Below are positions 11,317 to 24,296 of a DNA stretch of 64,000 nucleotides, piece by piece. A program made the translations under genes and the position numbers. Numbering within the stretch: position 1 is the stretch's first letter; each line of letters starts with the position of its first letter. This DNA is from Laetmonice hystrix (taxonomy: Eukaryota): positions 1,860,001 to 1,924,000 of the forward strand of contig OZ249445.1 of assembly GCA_965235115.1 (NCBI GenBank), in the 5' to 3' direction. A model generated the notes under the pieces. It did not search any database. It was not told where the DNA came from and was given only the letters and a program-made list of their open reading frames with translations.

Positions 11317-14300
11317 CGGTACTTTATCTAGACATACAGGTCGTATGATGCGTCAAATCATGTACACGAGCAGGATATCGAGCAGGGGGAAAGTTAACAT
11401 AAGACTTACCGTATGCAGGGCACGAGTGTTCATTAATGCTGTGTCAGCCTCGCTAATTAGTATTTTGGTGAGCTCCTTTTTCTAATCGTATATTTGGGTA
11501 ACGGTGGAGGGTAGGCTTAATTAGTGTAACCATCGGAAGCCAATACAAAGTCCCGAAGTGCTCGTTTAGTCCATAGAGTTTTGCCTGTTAGTTGGATCAG
11601 AGTGGAGCATCTATTTTTTCTGACAGATTATTAGAAAATCATACGAGATACTATAGAGGGGCATATTAGAGAAATATTAAGTAACAAAGATACACTTTAT
11701 ATTGATTGCACAAAGGAAGCCCCCATCAAGACAAACTGTTGCCCTTGTAATAACTACCCACGATTTCCCCATATCTTAGGATAGCTTGCGGATATGATGT
11801 TAAACAAAAAACTAAAACAAAAACAAGAAGAAGACGAAGAAGAATTGGAATAGGCTTATCAAACTGCTAAATGTGCCACATCTAATAATAATACTCCGAA
11901 ATATTTGAATATACCTTGATAACAGTACTGTTTAGACCCAGTCATGAAGATTCTTGCTCGAGGAATAAACGAATTATAACTAATACTAACACCATTAATT
12001 AATTAAGAATGCCCTTTCATGTTCTTTTGCACTAAAATAGAATCAATTGACGATGGTTCATATTTTAGCTTGTGGAAAATGATTTTCTTTGTACACTCTT
12101 TCGTTTTCAAATCCGAATTTGCACTGCAACAGCTACAGCAATATGCCGACTGGATCATGTGGACATCCTTGGTCTGTGCTTCCAACCCGGACAGTCTCCA
12201 CTCGGCGGTATTATTGTGCGTTAACTAACAGAATATCACTGCACTATGTGAGAGATGGACTCGCTGCTTTGTCTACAATGTTATTAATCAACAGAACAAA
12301 ATGACTAACATAAATATTTAACGTGCAGCGAATGGCGTAGATGAGCTGTGGCAAAGTCACAAAAGTGTTAGTAAAGCTATCGTTTCGTACATAAATCTAC
12401 ACTCATCTAAAGTCATCTAGCACACGTCTGGAATTACAATTACCTTATCCGGGATGTTAACATGACTGTTGTGCTATCTGGGCCACGTCCAATAAGGACT
12501 TGCTGGAGCTGTCTTTCATAATCAATCCCCATTTTATCATAAACATAATAGCTTCACGCAAGATGGTTGATTCCTTTCTCTTCTCTCTTTTCTTACAAAC
12601 CCATCCGGTTTTGCCTCTGAGCATCCATCACACTCAGTAATTTTTGCGACTAACTCTTCATCATAAAATCCCTTTACGTATTCGAATTAAATAATCTAAA
12701 CAAGGTTGCTAAGATTTTTGTTGGGGTATCCATTTCTTCAGATTTCCTCGGTAGATATAATGACAGGATTTCTGAACTTGCGTGCCCATTTGTAGTATTT
12801 CCCCAACTGTAATGGAGTTGCGACTTGGGCGATAATACAATCAGGTCAGTGTCCTAGTCATGGATAAAGGGCGCCCTGGCCTCGAAAACATTTAACCAAC
12901 ATGCAAAGTGAAATTCACGAAACGAAACGTAAACTTCGCGCTCCATGCGTGTGCGCAATACCATCCGGACACCTAAAACATCTCAGAAAACGCCACATTA
13001 TTGTAACCACAAGGTCCGATAGTTATAGGAGTAAAGGACCATTACATAGAATAATGTACATAGCTTGGATTCAGTCTTGTGCTAGTAATCCGTGTCAGAT
13101 GAAAACTTGCATGATGAGAAAATCAGTGTATGGTGTTATGTATGCAAATTATGAAGCCGCGTTTCGAGTATAAGCGTGACTGGTGCCCCCTCCAATTGAC
13201 TTTACCATTTCGCACGCGATATCCTCTTTGTACTTGAACGACAGAGAAAATCGCTTTTCTACTGTCTTTCTGACAAGCCAGAATACGAAGGCCAATCGAG
13301 GACACCACTAACGGTAAATGTTTTTCTTCCTATCCCCCTTTTTCCGCCTCCTCTGACAGTAATGTCAAACTTGCTACAGAGAGGAATCCAGTGTAGTGCA
13401 CCTTTAAGACAGCTTCATGCACTGTTGCTGCGATTTCAAATGAGAAGAAGTTTATGAATATGAGGAGGGGGCAAGTTCTCCGCGCTACCATCCTTTGTTG
13501 CATACGATGACTGCTATCTTGCTCCGAGATTTCACCAACTACATTGCTGTCATGGGGTGTTTTATGTTGAAATAATGTTTTAACCAGTTCTTCCAGCTCA
13601 ATGAATGCCGTATGTGCCGTGAAAGCATGAAGTCAGAATCCGAGCCAGAGAGACGAGACCGCTAGTCGCTCCTCTAGTGACGTTCTTTATGTGATTGTGT
13701 ATCCAATTGTATCCCTCAAACGATTCTGCTGATCACTTATGCACGGAACAACGCGGAACACTATAAGATAACATTAAAACGATCTAGATCTTGCAGAACA
13801 CGTGTTTGGGGCTATACGAGGTCCTGTCCCTGACATAGCAAGTTATAGCGACAGCCAAACATATCACCTCGCCTCACCAAGTTAGCTCGGAATCAAAATT
13901 TACATGACACTGGGGCCTTGATTTTCACTGTCACTGTTGCATAATTCACCAGTGGCAATCGCAAGTATATTGACGGATAGGCCCCTGGAAGGTCGTCTAG
14001 AAGCAAGCCGCGCATCTGCCATTCGGAAGCGAATTACAAATGGCCAATGGTTACATTGGCATTGTGCAACGTGAAACTCGCCAGTTGCGTTTTGTCAAGC
14101 GGCCCTCGAACGGCGGGCCGGCGTCTCCGTCGCTATGCAACGAAAAATATCCGATCCATCAAACGATATTCTCAGGATTAACATTCTCATAATGTGTGGT
14201 CATGGCCGGCTTATGCAAGTAAACGACAGCACCTGTATCAGGCTGTTGGAAGCACATGTAGTAGGTCTACTGGCATGCGAGCGAACATTCACAGTCAGCG

Positions 14301-14399
14301 TTGATGGCATCGATCTTTGAAACTAGAGTATCACCCAGATCCGGTTTCATGTTGCCTGTAAATTTTACAGATACAAGCGGTTTCCGCTGGGAGGACTTT

Positions 14400-15260
14400 C
14401 CAATGATTATTAAGTCAACTAATTAAGTATATCTCCAACATGGGCAGAAAATATCAGGCGGCACGCAGCCTTCTTGTAAGGCGATTTAACAAATACGATG
14501 GTAGTATCGTTGGGCGTGGATACATTAATGATCCAATCGACAACTGCCGTTAACTTATGTATTAGTGAATTATTGAGGAAAATGAATATTCCAAGACACC
14601 AACAAACAATGAACACTTTAAGAGGGCGTACTGGATGTATAGGTATAGATGATGCGCCACCTTATGTCTGTTGGGAAAACTTATGCCTCACGCACCATAG
14701 TTAAGGCTTTAAAGTGGATGGTGAAATATTGTATTTGCTGGGTCCCAGCGATCGTCAAGGTACATTTATATACCCCACAATATATAATGTGGGGAGGGAG
14801 CAGCATGGCCAGCACAGGTGTGCTCTTAGAGTATCCATGATAACCCGCTTCATTACGTTTGGCCGGCTATCAATTCTTAATAGGCAATGAATCGAATCCA
14901 AGTCCGTTACTAATACAGCATGAAAAAGTGCCGAGTGGCTGGGTGTAATACCTCTTAATGAAGGCACCCTGTCTGGCGGCCGTCATCGCCGGCGCTATCG
15001 CTGTCGCTCAGGCGTGGCTCTTTTGCAGCTCGAGGTCGCGCTATAATTTGAAATGGCATGGACTCTGATGGGATCTCTCTATACATGCTCCCCTTCCCGT
15101 CCGTCCCGCCAAGCAAACGATGCGAGTGTATGCACTCAACAGAAAGGTAATTCAGGCGGAAGCCTGCAGTGGCGACATGGGATACTGGCTGCTCATCAAA
15201 CGCCTTGCTAAAACACAAGGCGCTCATTTTATATCGCTGCTTTCCCTTGGCTATATGGAT
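14400..15260 (-). mobile_element. Decayed CR1/L2-type LINE reverse transcriptase remnant
   Basis: The minus frame shows RT motifs in the correct order: CFSKAFD..VSH, RLNYLS, DGKGS.YREIPS, AGDD (YADD-like), then TDLDSIH...PNV.K. It is heavily frameshifted. Confidence 0.6.
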
Positions 15261-15616
15261 GAATTACGCTCTGTAACCTATCGTGACGGCTTTAGAAGTT
15301 CCGATCTCAACTTTTTACAACTTAAGAAGCTCGAATATACATTAGATTTGCAAAGTGATACCCCACACGAACATTTCCAATTCAGATCAGGTAATCGTAG
15401 AACACTAAATTAGCATTAAATCAAAAGATAAGACATTAATGGAGATAACAGTGAAACGGCATGGAAATCGATAGCCGAAATCCGGCATTGAAACTTAATT
15501 GACTCATGTTGTCTTAACAGGACTGATGTTGACTTTCACAAGACAGTTTGTATTGTCATAGTAGGCACGGGGAAACTTTAAATATCTTCTGAAGTGGAAC
15601 TGAATGTCATAGTGTG

Positions 15617-16220
15617 GTCGTATGTTCCTCATCAGTTGGTCGAACCTCGGCGGTAATGTTGTCGTATGTTCCTCATTACTTGGTCGAACCTCGGCGGTAA
15701 TGTTGTCCTCATCAGTTGGTCGAACCTCTGCGGTAATGTTGTCGTATGTTCCTCATCAGTTGGTCGAACCTCGGCGGTAATGTTGTATGTTCCTCATCAG
15801 TTGGTCGAACCTCTGCGGTAATGTTGTCGTATGTTCCTCATCAGTTGGTCGAACCTCTGCGGTAATGTTGTCGTATGTTCCTCATCAGTTGGTCGAACCT
15901 CGGCGGTAATGTTGTCGTATGTTCCTCATCAGTTGGTCGAACCTCGGCGGTAATGTTGTCGTATGTTCCTCATCAGTTGGTCGAACCTCGGCGGTAATGT
16001 TGTCGTATGTTCCTCATCAGTTGGTCGAACCTCTGCGGTGATGTTGTCGTATGTTCCTCATCAGTTGGTCGAACCTCTGCGGTAATGTTGTATGTTCCTC
16101 ATCAGTTGGTCGAACCTCTGCGGTAATGTTGTCGTATGTTCCTCATCAGTTGGTCGAACCTCTGCGGTAATGTTGTCGTATGTTCCTCATCAGTTGGTCG
16201 AACCTCGGCGGTAATGTTGT
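15617..16220. repeat. 44-bp minisatellite x~14
   Basis: Unit gtcgtatgttcctcatcagttggtcgaacctc(g/t)gcggtaatgtt. Confidence 0.96.
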
Positions 16221-16669
16221 AAAGACGTATTAATCTTTAACCGATTTCCTCCAGTTCACTGACGACCTGGCGTCCGTGTAATGCAATCAGCGTTCCTCCT
16301 CATTATGGTCCATGTCATCGGATATATCCATGGCACTACAGCCAGATGATCAAGCTAAGATGGACCTCAAGGAGACCCGCAATCAATAGATGCAATGAAA
16401 ACATCCTGAATGTCTGATTTCTTTCAACAGGTGCCGCTCGATATCAACCATATAGATAAGAATAAGGTTTTTTTTAAATACAATAAAAAATCAAATCGAG
16501 TGCCTGTTTTAATTGTCTCCTTTCCAACGCTTGGGACGCTGCTAATAACGATTAATTTAGTCCATTGCATCGGTGTTCTATCAATTGTAACTAGCTGACT
16601 ACAGATTCAGCAGCTTTAATCTGTAGCCAGTATGTGTGTGCAACAGCCGGAAACATTGTGGGTACAATT

Positions 16670-16943
16670 GGTTGTCATCACAACCAAACACCCGTCTTTG
16701 TGAACAACCCAATATGGTTGTCATCGCAACCAAACACCCGTGTTTGTGAACAACCCAATGTGGTTGTCATCACAACCAAACACCCGTCTTTGTGAAAAAC
16801 CCAATATGGTTGTCATCGCAACCAAACACCCGTGTTTGTGAACAACCCAATATGGTTGTCATCACAACCAAACACCCGTGTTTGTGAACAACCCAATGTG
16901 GTTTTCATCGCAACCAAACACCCGTCTTTGTGAAAAACCCAAT
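16670..16943. repeat. 46-bp minisatellite x6
   Basis: Unit ggttgtcatc(a/g)caaccaaacacccgt(c/g)tttgtgaacaacccaatat. Confidence 0.95.
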
Positions 16944-17457
16944 GAGAAAGTCTTATTGCAGCTCAAGGAACCTTTTTCTCATCGACAGTCGTTTCCCGGG
17001 GTTACCATAACCCGCAATTAGTTGCGGGCCATGGAATTGTCGAGTAAATATACCACTGGCTTTCCATAGACGACGACCTGCAGCCAGACCCTGGATGGTT
17101 GATTTCTAAAATTGCATCTGATGTCCAATCAACACTCGGTGGCCTTACAAGAGGTCGCCTTGAATTCTAAGGTCTCACGACTGAGGACTGCCCTATCTGT
17201 TGTTCGCATCTATTTTCTCCGAGACTGACTGTTGAGAGGCAAGGCACACGGCTGATGTTGCGCGGTACTTTGAGGCTAATTGCGGGAAGCTGTCAGCTCC
17301 TGCAGACACGCCGCCAGCGAGCATTTCCTACATGCCGTTTGGTCTTCATGACGTCACAGCCATCAGTCAGGCGGTCAAATCACGCTGAAAGTACGGCAGG
17401 TTTCTATGGTAACATTCCCACGAAATTTGGGGGTCAGAACTTTTCCAACCCCTGAAT

Positions 17458-17745
17458 CTAACTCAAACTTGGGGTGGTGCAGTGGTTAGAGCGCGGGATC
17501 TTTGATCGCCGGACTTTATATACTAACTCAAACTTGGGGTGGTGCAGTGGTTAGAGCACGGGATCTTTGATCGCCGGACTTTATATACTAACTCAAACTT
17601 GGGGACACGTTAAAGATCCCTTGGCATCTATCGAGAAGAGTAGGGATTCGCCCCGGTGCGCGGGGTTAATCTTCCTATCATCTCATTATTATCACCCAAT
17701 GGATTTCACCGACTGAGTTCTCTCAATCACCCACTCAATCACGGG
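17458..17745 (+). mobile_element. tRNA-derived SINE with tandemly duplicated, B-box-deleted head
   Basis: A-box-like ggtgcagtggttagagcg lies in a 65-bp unit repeated ~2.3x. The body acacgttaaagatccc...gaagagtaggg...ccccggtg resembles conserved invertebrate SINE core domains, and the tail is cactcaatcac. It shares gttagagcgcg.gatctttga and gccggacttt with the copy at 28365. Confidence 0.7.
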
Positions 17746-18254
17746 TTTCAATTCCAGTAGAGGACTATACAACTTTACTCTTTCCGGACATTCTCAAAGT
17801 AACTGGGTTACGCCTGATGTCCGTGCATTTAAAAAGAAAATCACTCACTCACTCATCCACCCGCTAATTCTACCCCCTCTTCCGGTCCCAAGTCCGTCCC
17901 ACCACAAAAAACTTGCCACTCCCAGAGGAGTTATTTGTTTGCAGCAACATCGGAATAATTCATTCTGGAGTAATTTTACACCCAATCTCCGTAGAATAAA
18001 AGTGGCCTGCCGACTCGTGTACATGTACGAGCAGAATGAAGGTCCCGCCTCCTGCAATGATTACAGCGGTTTGCGTGACCGACCAGAAGGGGCTTCCATT
18101 CACGTATGTCTGTATAGTGGCTGAAAACAGACTTGGGTCTTCAGGGAATTCTTGGCTAGATCTCCGCTACATCAGCTGTTAGACTCGTGCAGAACAACAT
18201 GTTTGGACGCGAGAAACTCCGCCATACGTACATTGGATCAGTGTACATTCAGAG

Positions 18255-18505
18255 CAGGGCCGGATCCAAGGGGGGCGTGGGGGGCGTACGCTCCCCTATT
18301 TTTGGCAGAGTAATGATTTTTTGGAATGCAATTTTACCAGTACTTTGCCCCCTGAAAAAAGGAACAGTTCTTTTCTCAGATGCCGGAAAAATGCATCTGA
18401 CAAACATGAATTTTCAATTTTTTCGGAGGGAGGTCTGGCGCTCCCAATCTTCTCCAGGGGCTACGCCCCCCCCCCCCCTTTCTAAGAATCCTGGATCCGG
18501 CCCTG
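18255..18505. mobile_element. MITE with 14-bp terminal inverted repeats CAGGGCCGGATCCA
   Basis: cagggccggatcca at 18255 and tggatccggccctg ending at 18505, with poly-G/poly-C subterminal tracts; no clear TSD. Confidence 0.8.
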
Positions 18506-18509
18506 TAGA

Positions 18510-18860
18510 GGGTCAGTCAGCGTCTCCCCTTGTAAATAAAATCAACTTTGGACAATCATGCGGGCATACAAAGTCGAAAGGTATACAGGAGATAGGAACG
18601 GAGGGCGATGAGCATCTGGTTTTCTATACGGAAGCTGGATTCTCGAGGCCCGGCGTGCTCACTGTGGCCCGATACGGCCATACCCAGACAAATGTAGGCA
18701 TACCGTTTAATCACGTTCTTATATTCACAGAGAAATCATGTAATGCAGGTGTATGTAAGAGCAATACCATGATTAATTCTAACCGAAAAATAGGAACAGT
18801 CCAGATCAATTGTCTTGCCATCATTTGCATGCCACAGATAGTATTTAATAGCTGTATATT
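18510..18860 (-). mobile_element. Possible decayed LINE RT fragment, interrupted by the 18255-18505 MITE
   Basis: The minus frame DGKTIDLDCSYFSVRINHGIAL...GPRESS...YLLYT...SKVDFIY loosely parallels the RT motifs DFSKAFD.V.H, VPQGS and LYADD; weak. Confidence 0.3.
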
Positions 18861-19201
18861 GTGAATGCACGTTCAGCAAGATTTATGCAAGAAAGATGGG
18901 CCGCTCAGCTTCCGAATACAATCGACAGGGGGCGCTCACTGCAGACTCCACCCCCCCCCCCCTTCCCACGGTTATCTTCCTCCCAGAATCTCCCCCAGCC
19001 TAGATAAATAGTGCACCAAAAATTGTTGGCATGTCTCTAAATACCGTTTTCAAAAGGAAAGTCTGAACAGCAGGGAACAATAGGACTCCATTCTGACAGG
19101 GTAACTGACAGACGACGCCAGCAGTCGGACTGCGGTATTTGTTGGCCCAAAACACAGACGGACCGATCATTTTACTGTAGTTCCTGATCTTTTTTAACAC
19201 A

Positions 19202-19419
19202 GGTGTGTTTTTTAGTATCATTCACCGGGTGTCTTTTAGCATCATTCAGTGTGTGTGTTTTTAGCACCATTCACGGTGTGTTTCTTAGTATCATTCACGG
19301 TGTGTTTTTAGCATCATTCACGGTGTGTTTTTAGCACCATTCACGGTGTGTTCTTAGCATCATTCACGGTGTGTTTCTTAGTATCATTCACGGCGTGTTT
19401 TTTAGTATCATTCACGGTG
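19202..19419. repeat. 25-bp minisatellite x~9
   Basis: Unit tgtgtttttagcatcattcacggtg. Confidence 0.94.
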
Positions 19420-19533
19420 ACCGTCACTGGGCCGACCAGCATGCATCAGTATGTTTATCACTGCCGAAATATCGACCTATAGCTACAAAAATACAAGAAA
19501 AATGATTGTAGCTGCCTAAGTATAGTGTGGGGT

Positions 19534-19665
19534 GGGGTCTCGTGTGGCCGACTGGTCTAAGGTGTTTGCTTATGACACCTAGGACCATCGCCTCACACCA
19601 CTGCGGTCCGGGTTCGATCTCCGGCCAGGGTTGCATGTGTTTTCAGTCAGTTCCTTCCCGAAGGC
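19534..19665 (+). mobile_element. tRNA-derived SINE head (second family)
   Basis: A box tggccgactgg and B box ggttcgatctcc, with non-tRNA spacing and a 3' non-tRNA body. Confidence 0.7.
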
Positions 19666-19750
19666 AAGGCGTAAAACCCCAAATCTGGCGTTAAATGGAA
19701 ATAGCTAGGAACTAACATTTTTGAAAAAAAAGTTTGATGTTTCTTTAAAC
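19666..19750. mobile_element. Dispersed repeat, second copy of 11149-11235
   Basis: ~85-bp near-identical match between the two loci, seen directly. Confidence 0.8.
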
Positions 19751-19817
19751 TTACTATCTTATTGCGTATCTCCTACAGAAGAATTGTATAGATATTAGGC
19801 AGTGGTATATCCCACAA

Positions 19818-19937
19818 GTACGAAAGCCGAGAAGGTTCATTCGAAATTCGAAATTTGAAATTCGAACACGTAAGGGCGGTTGTGGCTGTTTAAATTTCGA
19901 ATTTCAAATTTCGAATGAGCCTTCTGAGCTTTCGTAC
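19818..19937. repeat. ~45-bp-arm inverted repeat (hairpin) rich in TTCGAA
   Basis: gtacgaaagccgagaaggttcattcgaa... pairs with ...ttcgaatgagccttctgagctttcgtac. Confidence 0.8.
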
Positions 19938-21043
19938 ACAAACGGTAGGATCCGATCCAGAACTCGGACGATCCGGTGTGACTAAGGCTTAAAGAGCGCG
20001 GTTTGGGGTGGGTATGACGGATTGGATTCCCATTACGACTGTCTGGCTGACTATAGTACACAACTCGCACCTTTCCAGTCTCACAGGGCCCTTGTTTTAC
20101 CATGTGCCATTCCATATTTTCATCTGCAGCAAAAACTCGATTAATTCTGTACGATGTAGATATCAAGTTACAAGAATCGGGCTTTAACACTGAGAGACAG
20201 TGCATCACCAATACTGTAGCTACCTTCATAGCTTATTTTCCTTTGTGAATTTCCTTTGTCATCAAATGTTACTCCAATATTCAAAAAGAATTTCAATCAA
20301 AAGAGCCACCCGGCTGGCTTTTGATTTGAATTCTCTCTTGGAACTCTTGATTTGAAGTGTCATTAGGCAGACGCGATCCAACGTCAAGGCAGCATGAAAG
20401 GTCCTCAGAAGGGCCATTTCTATTAATTGCCCTTTCTCGCTTGAAAGGCCAAATAACATCCATAAATTACACCAATAATCGAATAATCATATCCCCAAGG
20501 AGTAATGAGTTATAGTCGCCACAGTATTGATTATTCTTGTGCGTGTCTCTCCGTAAGAGAACGACAAAACACGTGTATATCAGATTTATCACCGGGTAAT
20601 ATGTTAGTCTGGGTGCCTATGGGATGGTATATGTGTAATTGATGATAGACTAATTAGAAAAATCACCAACGTATTATTGTTGATAATATTTGCGAATTCC
20701 ATTTATGATCTAAATGGCCACAAAGTTTCCTCTGCGGATCTCCCCTAAAGAATTACTAAACGAATGATGGTTACCATTCTTAGTGTCCATTCTTCTTTCA
20801 AACTTCAAAATGCAGCAGTGGTGATCCATCATTAGACTGACGCTAATATGATCAGAAAGAGAAAACAATGTGCCCCCACCTATACATCAAGTGATTCCAG
20901 TATGTTAAAACGCACACAGGCGCTAAGACATGACTACATGGAGCCAAGCAGACAGTCACAGCCACAGCAGGTGAAATTGTAATATCGAAATCTACATATA
21001 TAATCGTATATATGTACCAGACGGTCCCATCGAGTTATATGAC

Positions 21044-23305
21044 AACCTACTCGGCCACCAATGGATGATACAATACGCTCTGTGTGATCCCAGCTAGAGC
21101 GAACTTACTCGGCCACCAATAGATGATACAATACGCTCTGTGTGATCCCAGCTAGAGCGAACTTACTCGGCCACCAATGGATGATACAATACGCTCTGTG
21201 TGATCCCAGCTAGAGCGAACGTACTCGGCCACCAATGGATGATACAATACGCTCTGTGTGATCCCAGCTAGAGCGAACCTACTCGACCACCAATGAATGA
21301 TACAATACGCTCTGTGTGATCAGCTAGAGCGAACTTACTCGGCCACCAATAGATGATACAATACGCTCTGTGTGATCCCAGCTAGAGCGAGGTTACTCGG
21401 CCACCAATAGATGATACAATACGCTCTGTGTGATCCCAGCTAGAGCGAGGTTACTCGACCACCAATGGATGATACAATACGTTCTGTGTGATCCCAGCTA
21501 GAGCGAACTTACTCGACCACCAATGGATGATACAATACGCTCTGTGTGATCCCAGCTAGAGCGAACTTACTCGGCCACCAATGGATGATACAATACGCTC
21601 TGTGTGATCCCAGCTAGAGCGAACTTACTCGGCCACCAATGAATGATACAATACGCTCTGTGTGACCCTAGCTAGAGCGAACTTACTCGGCCACCAATGA
21701 ATGATACAATACGCTCTGTGTGATCCCAGCTAGAGCGAACTTACTCGGCCACCCATGGATGATACAATACGCTCTGTGTGATCCTAGCTAGAGCGAACTT
21801 ACTCGGCCACCAATGAATGATACAATACGCTCTGTGTGATCCTAGCTAGAGCGAACTTACTCGACCACCAATGAATGATACAATACGCTCTGTGTGATCC
21901 CAGCTAGAGCGAACTTACTCGGCCACCAATGGATGATACAATACGTTCTGTGTGATCCTAGCTAGAGCGAACTTACTCGGCCACCAATGAATGATACAAT
22001 ACGCTCTGTGTGATCCTAGCTAGAGCGAACTTACTCGGCCACCCATGGATGATACAATACGCTCTGTGTGATCCTAGCTAGAGCGAACTTACTCGGCCAC
22101 CCATGGATGATACAATACGTTCTGTGTGATCCTAGCTAGAGCGAACTTACTCGACCACCAATGGATGATACAATACGCTCTGTGTGATCCCAGCTAGAGC
22201 GAACTTACTCGGCCACCAATGGATGATACAATACGCTCTGTGTGATCCCAGCTAGAGCGAACTTACTCGACCACCAATGAATGATACAATACGCTCTGTG
22301 TGATCAGCTAGAGCGAACTTACTCGACCACCAATGGATGATACAATACGCTCTGTGTGATCCCAGCTAGAGCGAACTTACTCGGCCACCAATGGATGATA
22401 CAATACGCTCTGTGTGATCCCAGCTAGAGCGAACTTACTCGACCACCAATGAATGATACAATACGCTCTGTGTGATCCCAGCTAGAGCGAACTTACTCGG
22501 CCACCAATGGATGATACAATACGCTCTGTGTGATCAGCTAGAGCGAACTTACTCGGCCACCCATGGATGATACAATACGCTCTGTGTGATCCCAGCTAGA
22601 GCGAGGTTACTCGGCCACCAATGAATGATACAATACGCTCTGTGTGATCCCAGCTAGAGCGAGGTTACTCGGCCACCAATAGATGATACAATACGCTCTG
22701 TGTGATCCCAGCTAGAGCGAGGTTACTCGGCCACCAATAGATGATACAATACGCTCTGTGTGATCCTAGCTAGAGCGAACTTACTCGGCCACCAATGAAT
22801 GATACAATACGCTCTGTGTGATCCTAGCTAGAGCGAACTTACTCGGCCACCAATGAATGATACAATACGATCTGTGTGATCCTAGCTAGAGCGAACTTAC
22901 TCGGCCACCAATGGATGATACAATACGCTCTGTGTGATCCCAGCTAGAGCGAACTTACTCGGCCACCCATGGATGATACAATACGCTCTGTGTGATCCTA
23001 GCTAGAGCGAACTTACTCGACCACCAATGGATGATACAATACGCTCTGTGTGATCCCAGCTAGAGCGAACTTACTCGGCCACCAATGGATGATACAATAC
23101 GCTCTGTGTGATCCTAGCTAGAGCGAACTTACTCGGCCACCAATGGATGATACAATACGCTCTGTGTGATCCGAGCTAGAGCGAACTTACTCGACCACCA
23201 ATGAATGATACAATACGCTCTGTGTGATCCCAGCTAGAGCGAACTTACTCGACCACCAATGGATGATACAATACGCTCTGTGTGATCTTAGCTAGAGCGA
23301 GGTTA
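21044..23305. repeat. 58-bp minisatellite x~39 (longest array)
   Basis: Unit tactcggccaccaatggatgatacaatacgctctgtgtgatcccagctagagcgaact. Confidence 0.98.
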
Positions 23306-23537
23306 ACATTTAAATGACATTCCGTGAACCGCGGCAAAATTTTCATCTATATAATTTCATTATACAGAACGAATCTTGTCACCTTGAAATTGAGAAATGA
23401 GATGTTACGTGTACTGACGACCTTGGAGTGATGATTACGAAAACATCCAGAATCAGATGAATTTTACTATTGGCCCGAATTATGGGCTGTATATGACTAA
23501 ATATGATAGCGTCCCGCCCTCCCCCTAGCTGTTACCA

Positions 23538-23752
23538 NNNNNNNNNNNNNNNNNNNNNNNNNNNNNNNNNNNNNNNNNNNNNNNNNNNNNNNNNNNNNNN
23601 NNNNNNNNNNNNNNNNNNNNNNNNNNNNNNNNNNNNNNNNNNNNNNNNNNNNNNNNNNNNNNNNNNNNNNNNNNNNNNNNNNNNNNNNNNNNNNNNNNNN
23701 NNNNNNNNNNNNNNNNNNNNNNNNNNNNNNNNNNNNNNNNNNNNNNNNNNNN
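23538..23752. other. Assembly gap (215 N)
   Basis: Run of n. Confidence 1.
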
Positions 23753-24062
23753 TCTCTCCACTGTGGTTTGTGCATTGTAAGAGAAAGTTTGATGCCGGTA
23801 CTATATTTAATAAAGATGACGACGATGATAGGCGGACTCCCGACCAATGGGATCTACTGTTACAGGAAGCGTTGTGTATCCGCCTCCACTCTGCTGAATG
23901 TATCCTATCAGAACAACAGCCGATATTTCTAGAAATCTAAATCGCCGTCAGTATTGGCGACCTGCAGGAAATGTGAAGTCTGTAATCTTAATGTTGAGAG
24001 CCGTTGATAAGGAAATATCCCTTTAATCAAACACTGTTTCCGATCGGAAGGCCTGTGTCTGG

Positions 24063-24296
24063 CTGTATACTGGGACTGTGAACGACCAGACAGGCATCCA
24101 GTCTGGGGACATACCCCTCATCAAGTACATGTACTTAGTATCCCTGTATACTGGGACTGTGAACGACCAGACAGGCATCCAGTCTGGGGACATACCCCTC
24201 ATCAAGTACTTGGTATCCCTGTATACTGGGACTCTGAACGACCAGACAGGCACCCAGCCAGGGGACATACCCCTCATCAAGTACTTGGTATCCCTG
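24063..24296. repeat. 76-82-bp tandem repeat x3
   Basis: Unit ctgtatactgggactgtgaacgaccagacaggcatccagtctggggacatacccctcatcaagtacttggtatcc. Confidence 0.93.

Noticed and set aside
12480-12840. LRGKTGW resembling the class D beta-lactamase KTG motif
   Set aside because: Isolated match in a stop-riddled frame with no SxxK or YGN motif; chance or decayed TE.
18187-18864. 225-aa ORF
   Set aside because: It runs through a MITE and its poly-G/C tracts and has no coherent domain.
19534-19640. tRNA genes (also 17471 and 28365)
   Set aside because: A and B boxes are present but I could not fold a cloverleaf, and non-tRNA bodies follow; these are SINE heads.
19838-19917. Heat-shock element cluster
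   Set aside because: GAA/TTC spacing is 0-1 nt rather than the nGAAnnTTCn register.
23497-23940. ORFs spanning the N run
   Set aside because: Open only because Ns contain no stops.
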